Assembly: GCF_001194135.2 (NCBI RefSeq)
Contig: NC_068991.1
Location: 25,113,196-25,173,545 of the forward strand
Origin: Octopus bimaculoides
Lineage: Eukaryota
Direction: 5' to 3'
Length of the DNA: 60,350 bases
Below the pieces are notes generated by a model that had not been told where the DNA came from, did no database searches, and saw nothing but the letters and a program-made list of their open reading frames with translations. A program made the translations under genes and the position numbers. Each line of letters opens with the position of its first letter. Positions within the stretch are counted from its first letter, which is position 1. Of the stretch, positions 25,192 through 38,169 are shown one piece after another.

Positions 25192-25581
25192 ATGTGGAGG
25201 CGCAATGACCCAGTGGTTAGGGCAGCGGACTCGTGGTCATAGGATCGCGGTTTTGATTCCCAGACCGGGCGTTGTGAGTGTTTATTGAGCGAAAACACCT
25301 TAAAGCTCCACGAGGCTCTGGCAGGGGATGGTGGCGAACCCTACTGTACTCTTTCACCACAACTTTCTCTCACTCTTACTTCCTGTTTCTGTTGTGCCTG
25401 TAATTCAAAGGGTCAGCCTTGTCACACTGTGTCACGCTGAATATCCCCGAAAACTACGTTATGGGTACACGTGTTTGTGGAGTGCTCAGCCACTTGCACG
25501 TTAATTTCACGAGCAGGCTGTTCCGTTGATCGGATCAACTGGAACGCTCGACGTCGTAAGCGACGGAGTGCCAACAACAAC
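25192..25581 (+). mobile_element. Young tRNA-derived SINE family C with 10-bp TSD
   Basis: TSD ATCAAGTAGA at 25182-25191 and 25582-25591. Near-identical to 19012-19373 but with an extra internal segment of ~25 bp. Confidence 0.93.
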
Positions 25582-25719
25582 ATCAAGTAGAGTGATGATA
25601 GGCTGGTGAGTGGAATAGGATGTTTGGAAATGAAGACACAATGTATATGACAACGAGGTTAAATGAAGGAAGTGAGGGATGGAGTGAGAAAGACAGAATA
25701 AGAAGGATAAGAGAATAAA

Positions 25720-25960
25720 CAGGAAACACGTGAGTAGGGAGTAGACTTCAGAAGGTTGTGTTCTGAGGAGGAAGTACCGAAAAATGTGGTTAGTGCATGG
25801 GTCGTGGCATTGGATGCAACAAAGGGGTTGAGAGGGAGAGAGACGAGGAGTTGACAATGTTCAAGTGAGCGGGGTACGAGACCAGCCAGGTAAGAGGAGC
25901 AGAAACCATTAGAGTAGCGACAAATATGTGAAAAGGGAGAGACAACACGCATGTGGATGA
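25720..25960 (-). mobile_element. CR1/L2-group LINE 3' remnant
   Basis: SPFSHICRYSNGFCSSYLAGLVP resembles the LFYRYYxGxCSSELAxLVP motif near the end of ORF2. Confidence 0.5.
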
Positions 25961-26391
25961 GAGGTTAGAGTTTAAATTAAGCTGCGAGGGGATGTACTAA
26001 GATTTCACAAGACGGAACAATGGGAAAAAATATATAAAATGTATTTTAGACCAGCATTTAGTCTGGCTATAGGGATTGTTACTTTGCTTGTTTGCTTCAG
26101 AACAACCCTAATTATGCAAACTTGTGATTAAAGCCCTTCCAGACGCGTTATTTTCAAGAACTGCGTAACCCGAACTGTATTATTAAACGCTTTTTTTTTT
26201 ACCTTTAAGTTTTAAAGATAATCGGGATGAGGTATATTTTGGTTGCTATTTCTAGCCGATTGAGAGAGCTCATAGAAGTTTCTCCGTTGATTCATATAGC
26301 TCTGGGTAGTTTAGAACTATATTGTTTCGTGTCCAGTACTGCATCAGTTTCGTATACTCAGATGATATTGCCATTTCCGAAATCTTTAACC

Positions 26392-26472
<81 letters not shown>

Positions 26473-26763
26473 TTAATTATGGCAATTGCTGAAGAAGAGC
26501 TTCATTGGATGTAGGCTTCCAATGAACCCATCAATGGCTCACAGTATTTCTAATGCTGAGAGTGAGAGATAAGAGAAATTGTGCAAACCGGTGCAAAACA
26601 AATTTCACAAGAAACTTCGAAGGCTGCCCGTGTTTTCGGTTACATCGCCGATATTTTCATATTTCGTCGATGTATATCAGTGAAACACACACACACACAC
26701 ACACACTAAATCATAGCTACTATAAGTCACGAGTCTTCACATACACACATATACACACACATA

Positions 26764-26814
<51 letters not shown>

Positions 26815-27193
26815 ATAGACATCCTCTCAGACATCTCATCCTTGACCAAGTGGCGCAACCAGGATGTGACATTTAGGGGAAGAGAAAACAGTACTTGGCA
26901 GATATTCTCTACCGTTGGCTAGACAAGAATCGCTTTGTGGAATGTGTGACTTACGCAAAGACACGTGTTCGGTCCAGGAATTGAACCTACGACCTTGTGA
27001 TAGTGAGTCTAACACCCTAATATTAGTCCCCCACACACAAACATACACACACTCATAATTTGAATTAATTTTTAGCAATTCTAGTTAAACTCAATGAAAC
27101 AAACATGAATTAATACCTTAACTCTTAATCTTAACCTTCCAAAAAGTTCCCGAAATTCTTTTTAAATTTACACACACACGCACCACACACGCA

Positions 27194-27240
<47 letters not shown>

Positions 27241-27513
27241 AATCAGGAACTCTGCAAAGTCGGTTCAGTTAGTTAGTATGGGTCATTTAAGAACACATTT
27301 CGAGATCTTAGATATATCAGCGTTCAGCTGACTGGGTATGGTTAAAAAAAAAAAGACCTTTGATATTAATCAAATTGTAATAAGTAGGTATCTGTTACCA
27401 CTACAAAGCTCTCAATCCTCCCTCCATTAATTCTCCCTACTCCACTTAAAAAAACAACAATAAAAAAAAAGCAGGATCGAAAGATGCAGTTTTCAATGAA
27501 ATATTTTGTTACT

Positions 27514-27800
27514 TGGAATTCCCTGGAAAATTGTTGAAAAGAAGAACTAGGACGGAAAAAAGATCACTAATCCGAAATATTCCGAAATATGACTAGCATT
27601 GGATTCGATCCTGCATTCTGCAACATACGAATCTCAAATCACAATTCAGTCATAGTTTGATCATGTGCGCAACCGAGATTTTATCCAATGAATGGTTGTT
27701 GTTCACGTGATAGTTCGGTAGCCTGTCTGGAACTTTCCGTGAACACAGCCTATAAATACAGTCAATAAAGTCGCCAATTTCGCCCGAGACGCAGTGACGT
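27514..27800 (+). promoter_or_regulatory. Candidate TATA promoter with CCAAT, E-box and two kB-like sites
   Basis: TGGAATTCCC 27514-27523, CCAAT 27685-27689, TCACGTGA 27703-27710, GGAACTTTCC 27729-27738, TATAAATA 27751-27758 and TGACGT 27795-27800. Locally CpG-enriched, and followed by an ATG-bearing exon with a GT donor at 27937. Confidence 0.55.
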
Positions 27801-27905
27801 TCCCCCATCTCATCAATTTTAGAGTGTTTTGGGTCGAGTTTGAATTACACTTTCTATATAAGTATTCCTTCGGCGTCATATTCGATCGAGGATATTAAAG
27901 AAGAC

Positions 27906-27936
27906 ATGACATTGCATCTGAATATTTATTTGATAG
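27906..27936 (+). CDS. Unknown secreted protein, coding part of exon 1
   Basis: gacATG ACA TTG CAT CTG AAT ATT TAT TTG ATA G|gtaaaa = MTLHLNIYLI + phase 1. It joins the 39487 exon in frame to make a signal peptide. Confidence 0.55.
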
Positions 27937-28877
27937 GTAAAAACTTGTCTGAGTATTGAATTTCGAAGAAACATTTTTCTTGCATGTCATATTACGATAT
28001 TTCATCTTACTGTTTCCATTAATTGTATTGCATGAATTCCTCTCCTATTAATGTAGCAAATTAATTAGGTTCCAACACACACACACACAAAAAAAATTGT
28101 TACAACTCTTTACGTTGAATAAATGCTTCAGAATCCATAGTTACTCCCTTTGTGGTAGTCCAAAAAGAAATCTTGAAGGATTGTTGTAAATGACAGAACT
28201 AATGCTACTGAAAGGCATTACTATCAAAAGCCCATATACAACACAAGAAACAGGTTATTGTAGCAAGGGTGCTTGTGAAATGCATATAAACAGGTCAAAA
28301 CTACCATCGCAATACGAGAAATACTGATTTATACATTTATGCCTGCGCACGGCTTCTGAATGCTAGATGTCAAGACCCACACATAAGCCAGAATTTAAAA
28401 CTAACATTCAAATATTTTTTATAAGAGGCAAGGTACAACATTTGACAAGGTACAACGTTTTTAAAGTTTGAAGGCATAACCCTATCGAATACATAGCAAA
28501 GCAAACTAGTGATTATATTACATAAGAGAACAACAAAAGAAAAAAAATGATAAAAACCAAAGAACCGTTTATATTCTTTTCACTTCAGTAAGCACATTCC
28601 CATTCTTATTTGCGTAAGGCTATAGAGAAAGCTTTATCACTCCACAGACACCATATTGCCTTTGAAGGGAAGACGAACACCAGGGTAAACAGGGCGAAAC
28701 AAAGAAAGATAATTGGTTCATTGACTCGGGATAATTCTCATACCAGTGTATATACAAATATATAAAACAATTACATAAGTGCGCGTTTACATTAGGTAAG
28801 TATTTATATAAGTGTGTGTGTTCATAGAAATATTAGTCGTTTATTCATATGTGCGTATGTGTGAATATATGTGTGTG

Positions 28878-28910
<33 letters not shown>

Positions 28911-29524
28911 AACAATTCTGCATGCTTACACATGAGTGCATATACATCTCGAAAATCGTTTGTGGCATTTACGCAATAGGGTTAGTAATGTTCAAGATGA
29001 TAAAAGGAAATTGTAAGAGCTGAAATGACAAGATAAAATATTTAAGTGAAAGGTGAATGAAGATAAAACTATAATTGAGCTTCCAAAGTTCTTAGACCCC
29101 CCACCCCCCAAAAAACTTGTTTTCTTAAAATCAGTCTTTTACTATCCAATACAGAAATTAATACTGTTAATACTGTGAACTGATGATGCAAATATCGAAG
29201 TGTTAGGTTGTTAAGTTCAATCGTTAAAGTTTTCAAAAGAACTGGCTTCAAAGCTTCTTAATAGATGATGTTGTGTGAAGTATTCTCTTGCGTTCAAGTG
29301 AATCTGTTCGAGCTTGCAGTGGAGCTTATCAACAGCAAACACCAAGCACGACTGACAAAAACTGCACGATGAAAGATTTTCAACTCATTTTAGAGTTAAT
29401 GAAAATACGTATGGGTACATGAACGTGACTAAGTCCGTGGCTTGAAGAACCAATGAGTGTTTATTTGTATGTCTTTATGTGTATGCGTGTGCGTGTACGG
29501 AATACTATTATTTTAAGAATACAT

Positions 29525-29603
<79 letters not shown>

Positions 29604-30619
29604 TCGCCATCATTGGCAACATTTCTTACTGATGATAAGACCAAGAAGATCCTAAAATGTTAATGGATTAATGGATTTCGGAAAGCTATTGTCGCATACT
29701 AAACATAATGGAATAATAAAATCCTTAATATAAAAGATCAAACTCGAAAATAATGTTGTCTTTAATTAAACTTGTTTCAAAGGAAAATTGTCCCCTATTT
29801 ATTGAGGAACACAAAATAAAGCGTTTCAAAGAACGATAATTAAATTCGTTGAAAGACTCCGCAACACATACAGGTGAACATGTATACATAACAAGAAAAC
29901 TTGGATTGTCGTTTCCTAGAGAACAAGTTTGTCGTTTCTTTAGTAAATGCGTTTGAAGAAGAAAGCAGTTTATACAAAAGGCAGCTTCAATGAAGAGCCA
30001 GCGATGAAACTTATGCGTTATCATTCGGATTCTGAGAAATAAAAACGCTCTTCAAACCAAATCCTGTCCCCGCCTTAAATAAGCGAGAAGGATATGGAGC
30101 ATTAATAGGCATGGGTGCTAGTCTTTGTATGTGCATCTCTGTGTATGTGTGGGAGAGTGACAGTATTAGAGAGAGGGGGGAGGGAGGGAGAGAGAGAAAG
30201 AGAAAAAGTGAGCGAGCGAGCGAGTGAGAGTGCTGGCAAGAAAAGTGAAGGTGAGTGAGTGAGTGAACGAGTGAGTGAGTGAGCGTGCGATTGTGCAACA
30301 GTCAGTGAGTGAATAAGCGAACGAATGTGAGTATGTGAGTGTTGCATGTGAGCATATGTGTGTGCGTTTGTGTGTTAGTGTGTGTGTGTTTGTGTATATG
30401 TGCATGTGCGCGATATTAAGTGTATATGTATGAGTGAGTGTATTCTCTTACGTTCAAGTGTGTATGTGTGTGTGTGTGTATGTGTGTGTGTGTGTATGTG
30501 TGTGTGTGTATGTGTGTGTGTGTGTGTGTATGTGTGTGTGTGTGTGTGTGTGTCGTGTTCTAAAAATTTGCTTTTGTTCATGGTCAGTAAGTGTTATTTC
30601 CTAATTGCTTTTATCTAGA

Positions 30620-31035
30620 AACCAAAAGAAATGACTACTGTTCCTTTCAAACTTTGCTTCTGTCACCGGGGCATCAATGTTTTGAAACTGACCTATTTTC
30701 CATTACATTTCAGACAGATTCAGCGCTGAGTTGCTGAAGCAGAACTATCGTTATAGCAAATATTCTGTTGAATATCACAGTTTTGTTTGTCACGTGCTTG
30801 ACTTTAACCACTTGAGCAAGTCCTTTAGTGGCCGACAATATGTGCATCTCTGATCATGAGCAAGAGTAGTAGGGGAGCATCATAGCCATGTGTTGAGAGG
30901 GATTTTTAAAAGCAGAATTTGAAGGAAATATTAGCCAGTTTTCGTACTTTGAAGGAAATATTAGCCAGTTTTCGTACTTTCTATGGAAATAGCAGTTACT
31001 ACCCAAGGCCAACAATCATGTTACACAGTGTGAAT
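30620..31035. repeat. Dispersed repeat family G, copy 2, with a perfect 30-bp tandem duplication (30918-30977)
   Basis: Homologous to 7245-7670; the unit tttgaaggaaatattagccagttttcgtac occurs twice. Confidence 0.8.
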
Positions 31036-31129
31036 ATAGCGCATTAGAACAGTGTACTATAAGCTGGGGGAGGGGGAGCGATGGTAGTACGATGGTTTGG
31101 GCTCCACTATTACCGTGGTATTCAATTGT

Positions 31130-31483
31130 ATTCTGGCACAAGACGGCAGTTGGTTAAATTGACCCCAGTTCTTGATTGGAATTATTTTAGTGAACCCCGG
31201 AGAGATGAAAGGTGATGTTGACCTCAGCAGGATTTGAACTCAGAACGTAAAGATCCAGAACAAATACTGGTTTGAATTTTTAGCACGAAGCCAGCAGTTT
31301 TGGAGGAGGGTGGGTAAATCGATGACATCGACCTCAGTGTTCAACTGGTACTTATTTTATCGATTTCGAAAAAATGAAAGGCAAAGTGTACCCTGCGGCA
31401 TTTGAACTTAGAACGTATAGTCAGACGAATTGCCGCTAATTATTGTCCCTGGCGTGCTAACGATTCTGCCAGCTCGCCGCCAT
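31130..31483 (-). mobile_element. Two tandem SINE family A copies
   Basis: gatttgaactcagaacgtaaag and catttgaacttagaacgtatag...gccagctcgccgcc. Confidence 0.82.
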
Positions 31484-32510
31484 AATCAGATAAAGACTGC
31501 AACACTTTTATTCCAACGCAAATGAATCTGCAATTCCAGCACCCTCATAGAAGTATATGCCTCTGAACATGTATGTGCGCATGTGCATGTGTATGTGTGT
31601 GCGCGAGCCTGTGCCTGTGTATATGGTGGATCTCCGCCATTTGACAACGAGGATTCAGTTGTTCGATCAACTGAAATACCTGTTCCATGTACATACTCAG
31701 GGTCAAATGTGTGTGTTCACACAAATGTACGTACATACATACATACATACATACTTACATACATACATACGTCTAAGTATGTATGTAAGTCGTGTGAGAT
31801 TGAAATATAACCTAATTCCGATTTGGTGATCACTCGCTCGACTTTCTTTTGCCATTGTGTGAATGATTATTTCTAACAAAGATTACAAAGCAAGAAAATA
31901 AAGGACAGAGTTTAATCCAAAAGGATGAAAGAAAAAGTTGACTCGGTGGTCAATAATGTACATTATGTACATTCCACCCAGGTCGACTTTGCTTTTCATT
32001 CCTTCGGGGTCGCTAAAATAAATACCAGTTGAGCACTGGCGTCGATTAATCAACTTATCCCTTATGCCAAAATTTGAAATCGATATTTGATGTATAACTA
32101 TGATTCTATGTCACATTCTCCGATGTTTTTTCTTTTTTATGTACTTTTCATAAAATTTGGTAGAAATACGACTTCGCGAACGCAGTTACCATTACGTTGA
32201 TGTACTTTTAAAAAATAGTAATTGGATTTTTTCTTTATTTTATTTTTCCTTGTTCTTTGTTGAAAAATAAGAGATCACACTTTTCTAATCATTTACCAAT
32301 AATCATTTCACAACATATTGATGTTAGAGGTGAAAATCTCTTTATAATAATAACCGAAATACAAGTTGGTTAATTCATTTCTCGAGTCACTCTTTACATC
32401 GTATGGGTGAAGGGGGAGAAAGAACAAAAGAAATGCAGAGAGAGTTAACATGAGAGATGCGAATGAGAACGCATATTGCGCTTCATAACATACGCTCACA
32501 TATACACACA

Positions 32511-32567
<57 letters not shown>

Positions 32568-33287
32568 GTGAGAGTGATGGAGTAAAAATCAACACGAGGT
32601 TTATATTCATATATATTGAGAATATTGCTTTATCTAATTTTTAGGTAATGAATATATTTCTTTTGAAAATGAGTATTCATTTCATAATTTTCTATAAGCA
32701 CCATGAAATTCGACAAAAGTTAAAAGTACAACTATTGTTATTTTATATATGCCATATTTCCTGATATTACCTCTGGTAGCAAAAGTACATTTCCAAACTT
32801 ACCACCCGTCATATGATAACACTCAAGTATGGTGTATTGCTGAATATCATTCAAATACTTTCAACTTCTATTTTAGAACAAAAACTTGAAAATATCTTCA
32901 TCGTGTTTTCCAAATTCATATTGATAATAATACCAATCGAGATAATTTCAGGTGGTGGTGGTGGGGGTGGATGTTGTTTTTGTTTTTGGTTTGCTTTGTT
33001 TTGTTTTTTTGTTTGTTTGGGTTTTTTTTTTGTGTGCAGAAAATTATTGAATGGCCAAAAAGCACGGAAACTGTCTCCTTCCGAAAGAAAAAAAATAATT
33101 CCATCAACATAAAGGTAACCAACACGCTGAAAACGGTTCTCCGCAAAATTTCATTTAAAACTTATTATTAATACAGTATTATGTATAATAAACTTTCGTT
33201 AAATCGCACTAATACGGGAGAAGGTTGCCTGTTTTGACCGATTGGATGAGTTCACCGATGGTAGAGGTTAGATATGTGAAGTTTAAC

Positions 33288-33510
33288 TAAGTCGGCGAAC
33301 TGGCAGAATCCTAAGTATGCCGGGCGAAATGCTCAGAGGTATTTCGTTCATCTTTCCGTTCTGAGTTCAAATTCGTCAAGGTCTACTTTGCCTTTCATCC
33401 TCTCGGGGTCGATAGAACAAGTAACAGTTGAGTACTGGAATCGATGTAATCAACTTATATTTGAAGTATAACTAAGGCGGTGAGCCGGCAGAATCGTTAA
33501 CACGCCGGGC
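33288..33510 (+). mobile_element. SINE family A copy plus a second head fragment
   Basis: gtcggcgaactggcagaatcc...gttctgagttcaaattc...gcctttcatcctctcggggtcgat; aggcggtgagccggcagaatcgttaacacgccgggc. Confidence 0.82.
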
Positions 33511-33914
33511 AATAATGCAACATTATGGTGGTCAATAATGTACATAATGCAAGCTGAGTGACTGTCCTTTCACCAAGAGGAATAACTGCGCTCGCAAAAC
33601 TCAAGCAAATACCAACTAATACACATAATTTTGTAAAATTTATTTTATTTTCCCCTTATTCTTTAAGCAACGCTCTTGAGATAACACAGTAAAAGAAGAA
33701 AATATAGTCAAGAGATTGTTATCGCAATTCATATAAGCTTAATCGTTTTATAATTTGAATAACGCATTTATGCTTTCCTATGTACCACTAATTTTAAGGC
33801 AATTCTAAAATTTACAAAGCAAATCTAATAACTGATTAACGGTGTTAACGTAAGTAGACTTAATACGCTATAACAAAATCAAAGTTACATACCGCTAGGA
33901 CGAACATATCAAAC

Positions 33915-34125
33915 GAGTTAATGAAAATATTTACTAATCTCTTTATAATTGTTGCTTCATTTGTGGAGACTTGCTCTTTATAGTTTTCTTTTACCGAAGT
34001 TAATGAAAATAGTCACTAATCTCTTATCTGTTGCTTCATTTGTGGAGAAATGCCGTTTTCATACTTTGCTTTGATTTAATGAAAATATTTACTTATCTCT
34101 TATTAATTGTTATTTCACTTGTGAT
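33915..34125. repeat. Diverged ~80-bp minisatellite, ~2.6 copies
   Basis: Units begin ttaatgaaaat at 33918, 34000 and 34076 and share ctaatctctt...ttgttgcttcatttgtggaga. Confidence 0.8.
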
Positions 34126-34850
34126 GATTTATTTTATAGAATTATAAATACCAACTGCCATATGGCTTGGAAACTGGAAATATACTTTGACTACCTTGGA
34201 TTGTTCGATAAAAGTTGAATTATTCATATAATTATTTCCTGATTTAACTCTTGGTGGCATGAGTGTATTCATATTATAGAAGCTATTGTAATGATATATT
34301 TTGGGGGGATAGTTTGCTGTAAATTCTTAAGTTGGCGAATACCATAGAGATTAATGAAAGAAAAAAAACCCAACTTATTCTGTTAGCGAATAGTTTACTT
34401 ACAAAGCATCAATGGAAAATATTCATTATGATATACATTAACTATTGCAGATCTACTACAATTACAACCACCTACTCCTTCTAGTCCTGTTTCTGATTGA
34501 ACCTGTTCTCTTGTTGTGAGTATAGCGTTTCCTTATTCATTACCTACCACAAAATCTAGTATATGTACTTATCCTGCACTTCTCATGTTAACCCCACCTC
34601 ACTATCTCTCTTTTGCTCTCTCTCTCCCTCTATACGCTGTAAAGCGTGATCGGAGAAATCAACCAACAGATCAAAATTAAACAGAGATATATTCGATAGA
34701 AATGTTGAAAAAAAACAAAAAAACTGAGCAATGCAGGCGATAAATTAGGCAATATAAATGAAAACAATGATTCTGTAGCAAGACTAAATTTCATAATTGC
34801 ATGTTTAGACTTAAGTACCCTGAAAAGGGCTCTACGCGTAAGTCTCTAAT

Positions 34851-35128
34851 GATTGGTCATGTGACCAGTCATGTGGCGTTGAAATACTTAGTCGAGTCAG
34901 GTATTTGATTTGGTCTAGTTTTACGCGGGATACTACGGAGTGCGTATCCAATCGCGTTGCACAATAGGCCACTAAACGCGGCAAATTCTAAATGTTCGTT
35001 TGAGCAATATTTTGTTAATAAATAACATGAAATAATAAATCTCTGAGCGAGATATAAACAGTAGCAGCACGAAATCGTGAAGTATATTTGCAACGATAAT
35101 TTCCCTTTGCAAATACTGATAGAGCAAG
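34851..35128 (+). promoter_or_regulatory. Second candidate TATA promoter and short first exon
   Basis: Near-palindrome GATTGGTCATGTGACCAGTC 34851-34870, CCAAT 34948-34952, TATAAA 35053-35058 and a strong donor CAAG|gtatgt at 35128/35129. CpG-rich relative to its flanks. Confidence 0.4.
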
Positions 35129-35957
35129 GTATGTCAATAACCAGTTGGAAATGTCTTCCTGGGGCTATAAACTACAGTAGCATCGTCCCTTATGGGTCAT
35201 CCACATTTAGATGGCAAATATACTTCACAAATAACATGAAGTTTTTCATTTTAGGAGAGGGAAGAGTCTGTTTTCAGGAAGCTACGTTACATTATTTTTG
35301 TTCCTGTTAAAGCACGTGTAACCAAGTTCGACTGAGTTGAAAAGCCAACTCTGAATGATTTTCTACAGCCCACATTCATCAAGATGTTTTAATCTGGTTT
35401 GCTGTATAATTTTATTTAGCCGAAGAATAAAGTGTGATTGTTAATTGAAAGCTCGTTTTTTTTTTTTGGTATTATTGCCATCGATTAATATGCAACTCAT
35501 GAGAAGCAAGATTTTGTATGAAGAAGGCCACAGACACGACCTTCCAGCTAAAATCCTATGATGTTTTGAGAAAGAATTCTCTTTTCAAATACGCGAAAGA
35601 AAATAAAGATTTCGTTTGATAACGAATGCGAGAATATTCTCCAGAAAAGTTAACAAGGAATTAAAAAAAAAAATCTCCCCACCCAAGTTAACAAAGAGCT
35701 AATTAGATCTACAAACTAAAGCGTAAAATTTATATTATTAAAAAAATAAAAATAATAAATTAAACTGNNNNNNNNNNNNNNNNNNNNNNNNNNNNNNNNN
35801 NNNNNNNNNNNNNNNNNNNNNNNNNNNNNNNNNNNNNNNNNNNNNNNNNNNNNNNNNNNNNNNNNNNNNNNNNNNNNNNNNNNNNNNNNNNNNNNNNNNN
35901 NNNNNNNNNNNNNNNNNNNNNNNNNNNNNNNNNNNNNNNNNNNNNNNNNNNNNNNNN

Positions 35958-36016
<59 letters not shown>

Positions 36017-36120
36017 GAGAGAGATGGAGGGAGAGACAATTATGCAGATAAATAAATTAGGTACATTAATTATATTAAATATATTAGATATAAATTGTTT
36101 AGGTGTATATATGTATACAC

Positions 36121-36398
36121 GCAAAATGAGAGAAAGCTAAAGGTAGAGACTTTCAAATGTAAGTATGAATAGACGGATATTTATATTAATAGCTCCAGCT
36201 TACAAAGAGTACAAACAACAGAGAAAATTAAAGCGTGGAAGAAAGGTATTATAAGTTCAGCAGCTGTTTCTTGGGGTTCAGAGATCCATAATAATGTTGG
36301 TAGATGTGATTCATCTCAATATGTGGCCGTAATGGATACAATCAGCATTGGATGAGGGGAGCCTCTGTTGTCTGGGTAGAGAAGAGCATACATTTCAG
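36121..36398. repeat. Dispersed repeat, copy 2 (homologous to 14586-14840)
   Basis: See copy 1. Confidence 0.75.
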
Positions 36399-36824
36399 AT
36401 CTTAATACAGAGACGTTCAAAGATGGAATGATTGAATGTGGAGAGATAGCTATATTAGATGGGGAAATAGGAAGGTTGGTGGGGTTATGGGGGGGGGGGG
36501 TAGTAAGACAAAAGAATAGTGAGAGAAGAAAAGATAGTTTACGAAGAGTGAGCAGTTCCTTTTCATTGGAAGAGTCAGAATTATTAAATTTGAGGTTATA
36601 GTATAGAGCAAGCACTACTAAATGTCTTCTACAGTGAGAATCATTGGATCTCATCTGTGGACTATATACCTTTTGCTCGGCCGAACGCTACATATAGATA
36701 ACACTCATGGATAAGCAAATGTTGAGCACATCTACAAAGAATATTCCAATTCCACCCAGGGATTTCTTACATGGAACTCTTACTACACCGTTTTTTCTAT
36801 GTCGATAAAAAATATATATTCTTT

Positions 36825-37222
36825 TGTTCTTTTACTTGTTTCAGTCATTTGACTGCGGCCATGCTGGAGCACCACCTTGAAAAGTTTTTTGTTGAAGAAA
36901 TCGACCCCTGGACTTATTCTTTGTAAGCCTGATACTTATTTTATCGGTGTCTTTTGTTGAACCGTTGAGTTACGGGGACGTAAACATACCAACATCAGTT
37001 GTCAAGTGATGGTTGGGGGCCAAACACAGACACAAAGAGTCACGCATACATATATACATATATATACGACTGGTTTTCAGTTTCCGTCTACCAAATCCAC
37101 TCACAAGGATTTGGCCGGCCCAAGGCTATAGTAGAAGACACTTGCCCAAGCTGTCACAGTGGGACTGAATCCGGAACCATGTGGTTAAGAAACAAGTGTC
37201 TTACTACTACACAGCCATGCCT
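36825..37222 (-). mobile_element. SINE family B, near full length
   Basis: Tail and tRNA-like head collinear with 4345-5085. Confidence 0.88.
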
Positions 37223-37899
37223 AGCATTTAGTTAACAGTATTTACGCAGAGCAATACTGAATCTTAAACTAAAAAAAATATTTCTTGTAAAATGTTTTAG
37301 AAACAAACGATGTGTGTATTTCTTCTATTCAATTATTTCTATGACATTATTTCATTGGGGGAAAATCCGAGTTAATTAGAAATTTTCAAATAGTATTCCC
37401 TATAGCAAACGATGAAACACAATTCGTTTAAAATACCAGAGTTCATCGGAAAATGTCGAATGAATAAAAAAAAATTCTCGGGAATATTCAAATAATTTCT
37501 TATATTAATAAAAATATTTTGCGCAAAATATTTCGGAATAATATCATAATGTAGCCATTATTTTAAAGAAATAAAATTTAAAGAAATTCTTTGAAAACGT
37601 ATAATTTCCCTGCGTTAAAATGATCTAAAAAAAACCCCAACAAAACATTGTATATGCTGACAACATAAAGGTAATGAGAAATTCTAGAGAGAACATGAAG
37701 AGCAGGTTTTCAGAGAAGAAGCCTTACCAGCTCATGCAAATGTTTCGGCTTTTAGGAGCCTGGTCTGGTCGCAGCCAGATCATAATTCATGGATACTCTT
37801 CTGAAACCACATCAAGCTACTGTCTGCATTGCACCATGAACCATTCTGGGTGGTTAAAGTGCCCCAGAGCGAAGTTATCTTGGACGTCGTGACTCATTC

Positions 37900-38060
37900 G
37901 GTCTGAGACACCAGTTGGCTGTAAGGTGAATTATGCCTCCTGAGATTTAAATTTATTTTCCTTTTTGACCAAACCCAGTTGCAACTCTTCTCAGCTGCTT
38001 CTGTCATTACTTTAAGAGCTCTGGTTATCTTTCTCCTTGAACCTGAGAGCTGTTTCATGC
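37900..38060 (-). mobile_element. Hero/R2-like RLE LINE 3' end remnant
   Basis: MKQLSGSRRKITRALKVMTEAAEKSCNWVWSKRK resembles the AxxxLxEAAExxSxWLWxRR terminal motif. Confidence 0.5.
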
Positions 38061-38169
38061 GATCGTTGATTTAGAGTAAGGCATGAATATCTATTATCGC
38101 TGACGATCTATTAGTTTGGAGAAGCGTCAAGCTTGCTCAATCCAAAAGAACAGACATAGAACGGATACA

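Noticed and set aside
29770-30000. Plus-strand LKDSATHTG...CRFFSKCV resembling an integrase zinc-binding region
   Set aside because: The similarity is too weak, it is interrupted by stops, and no DDE core follows.
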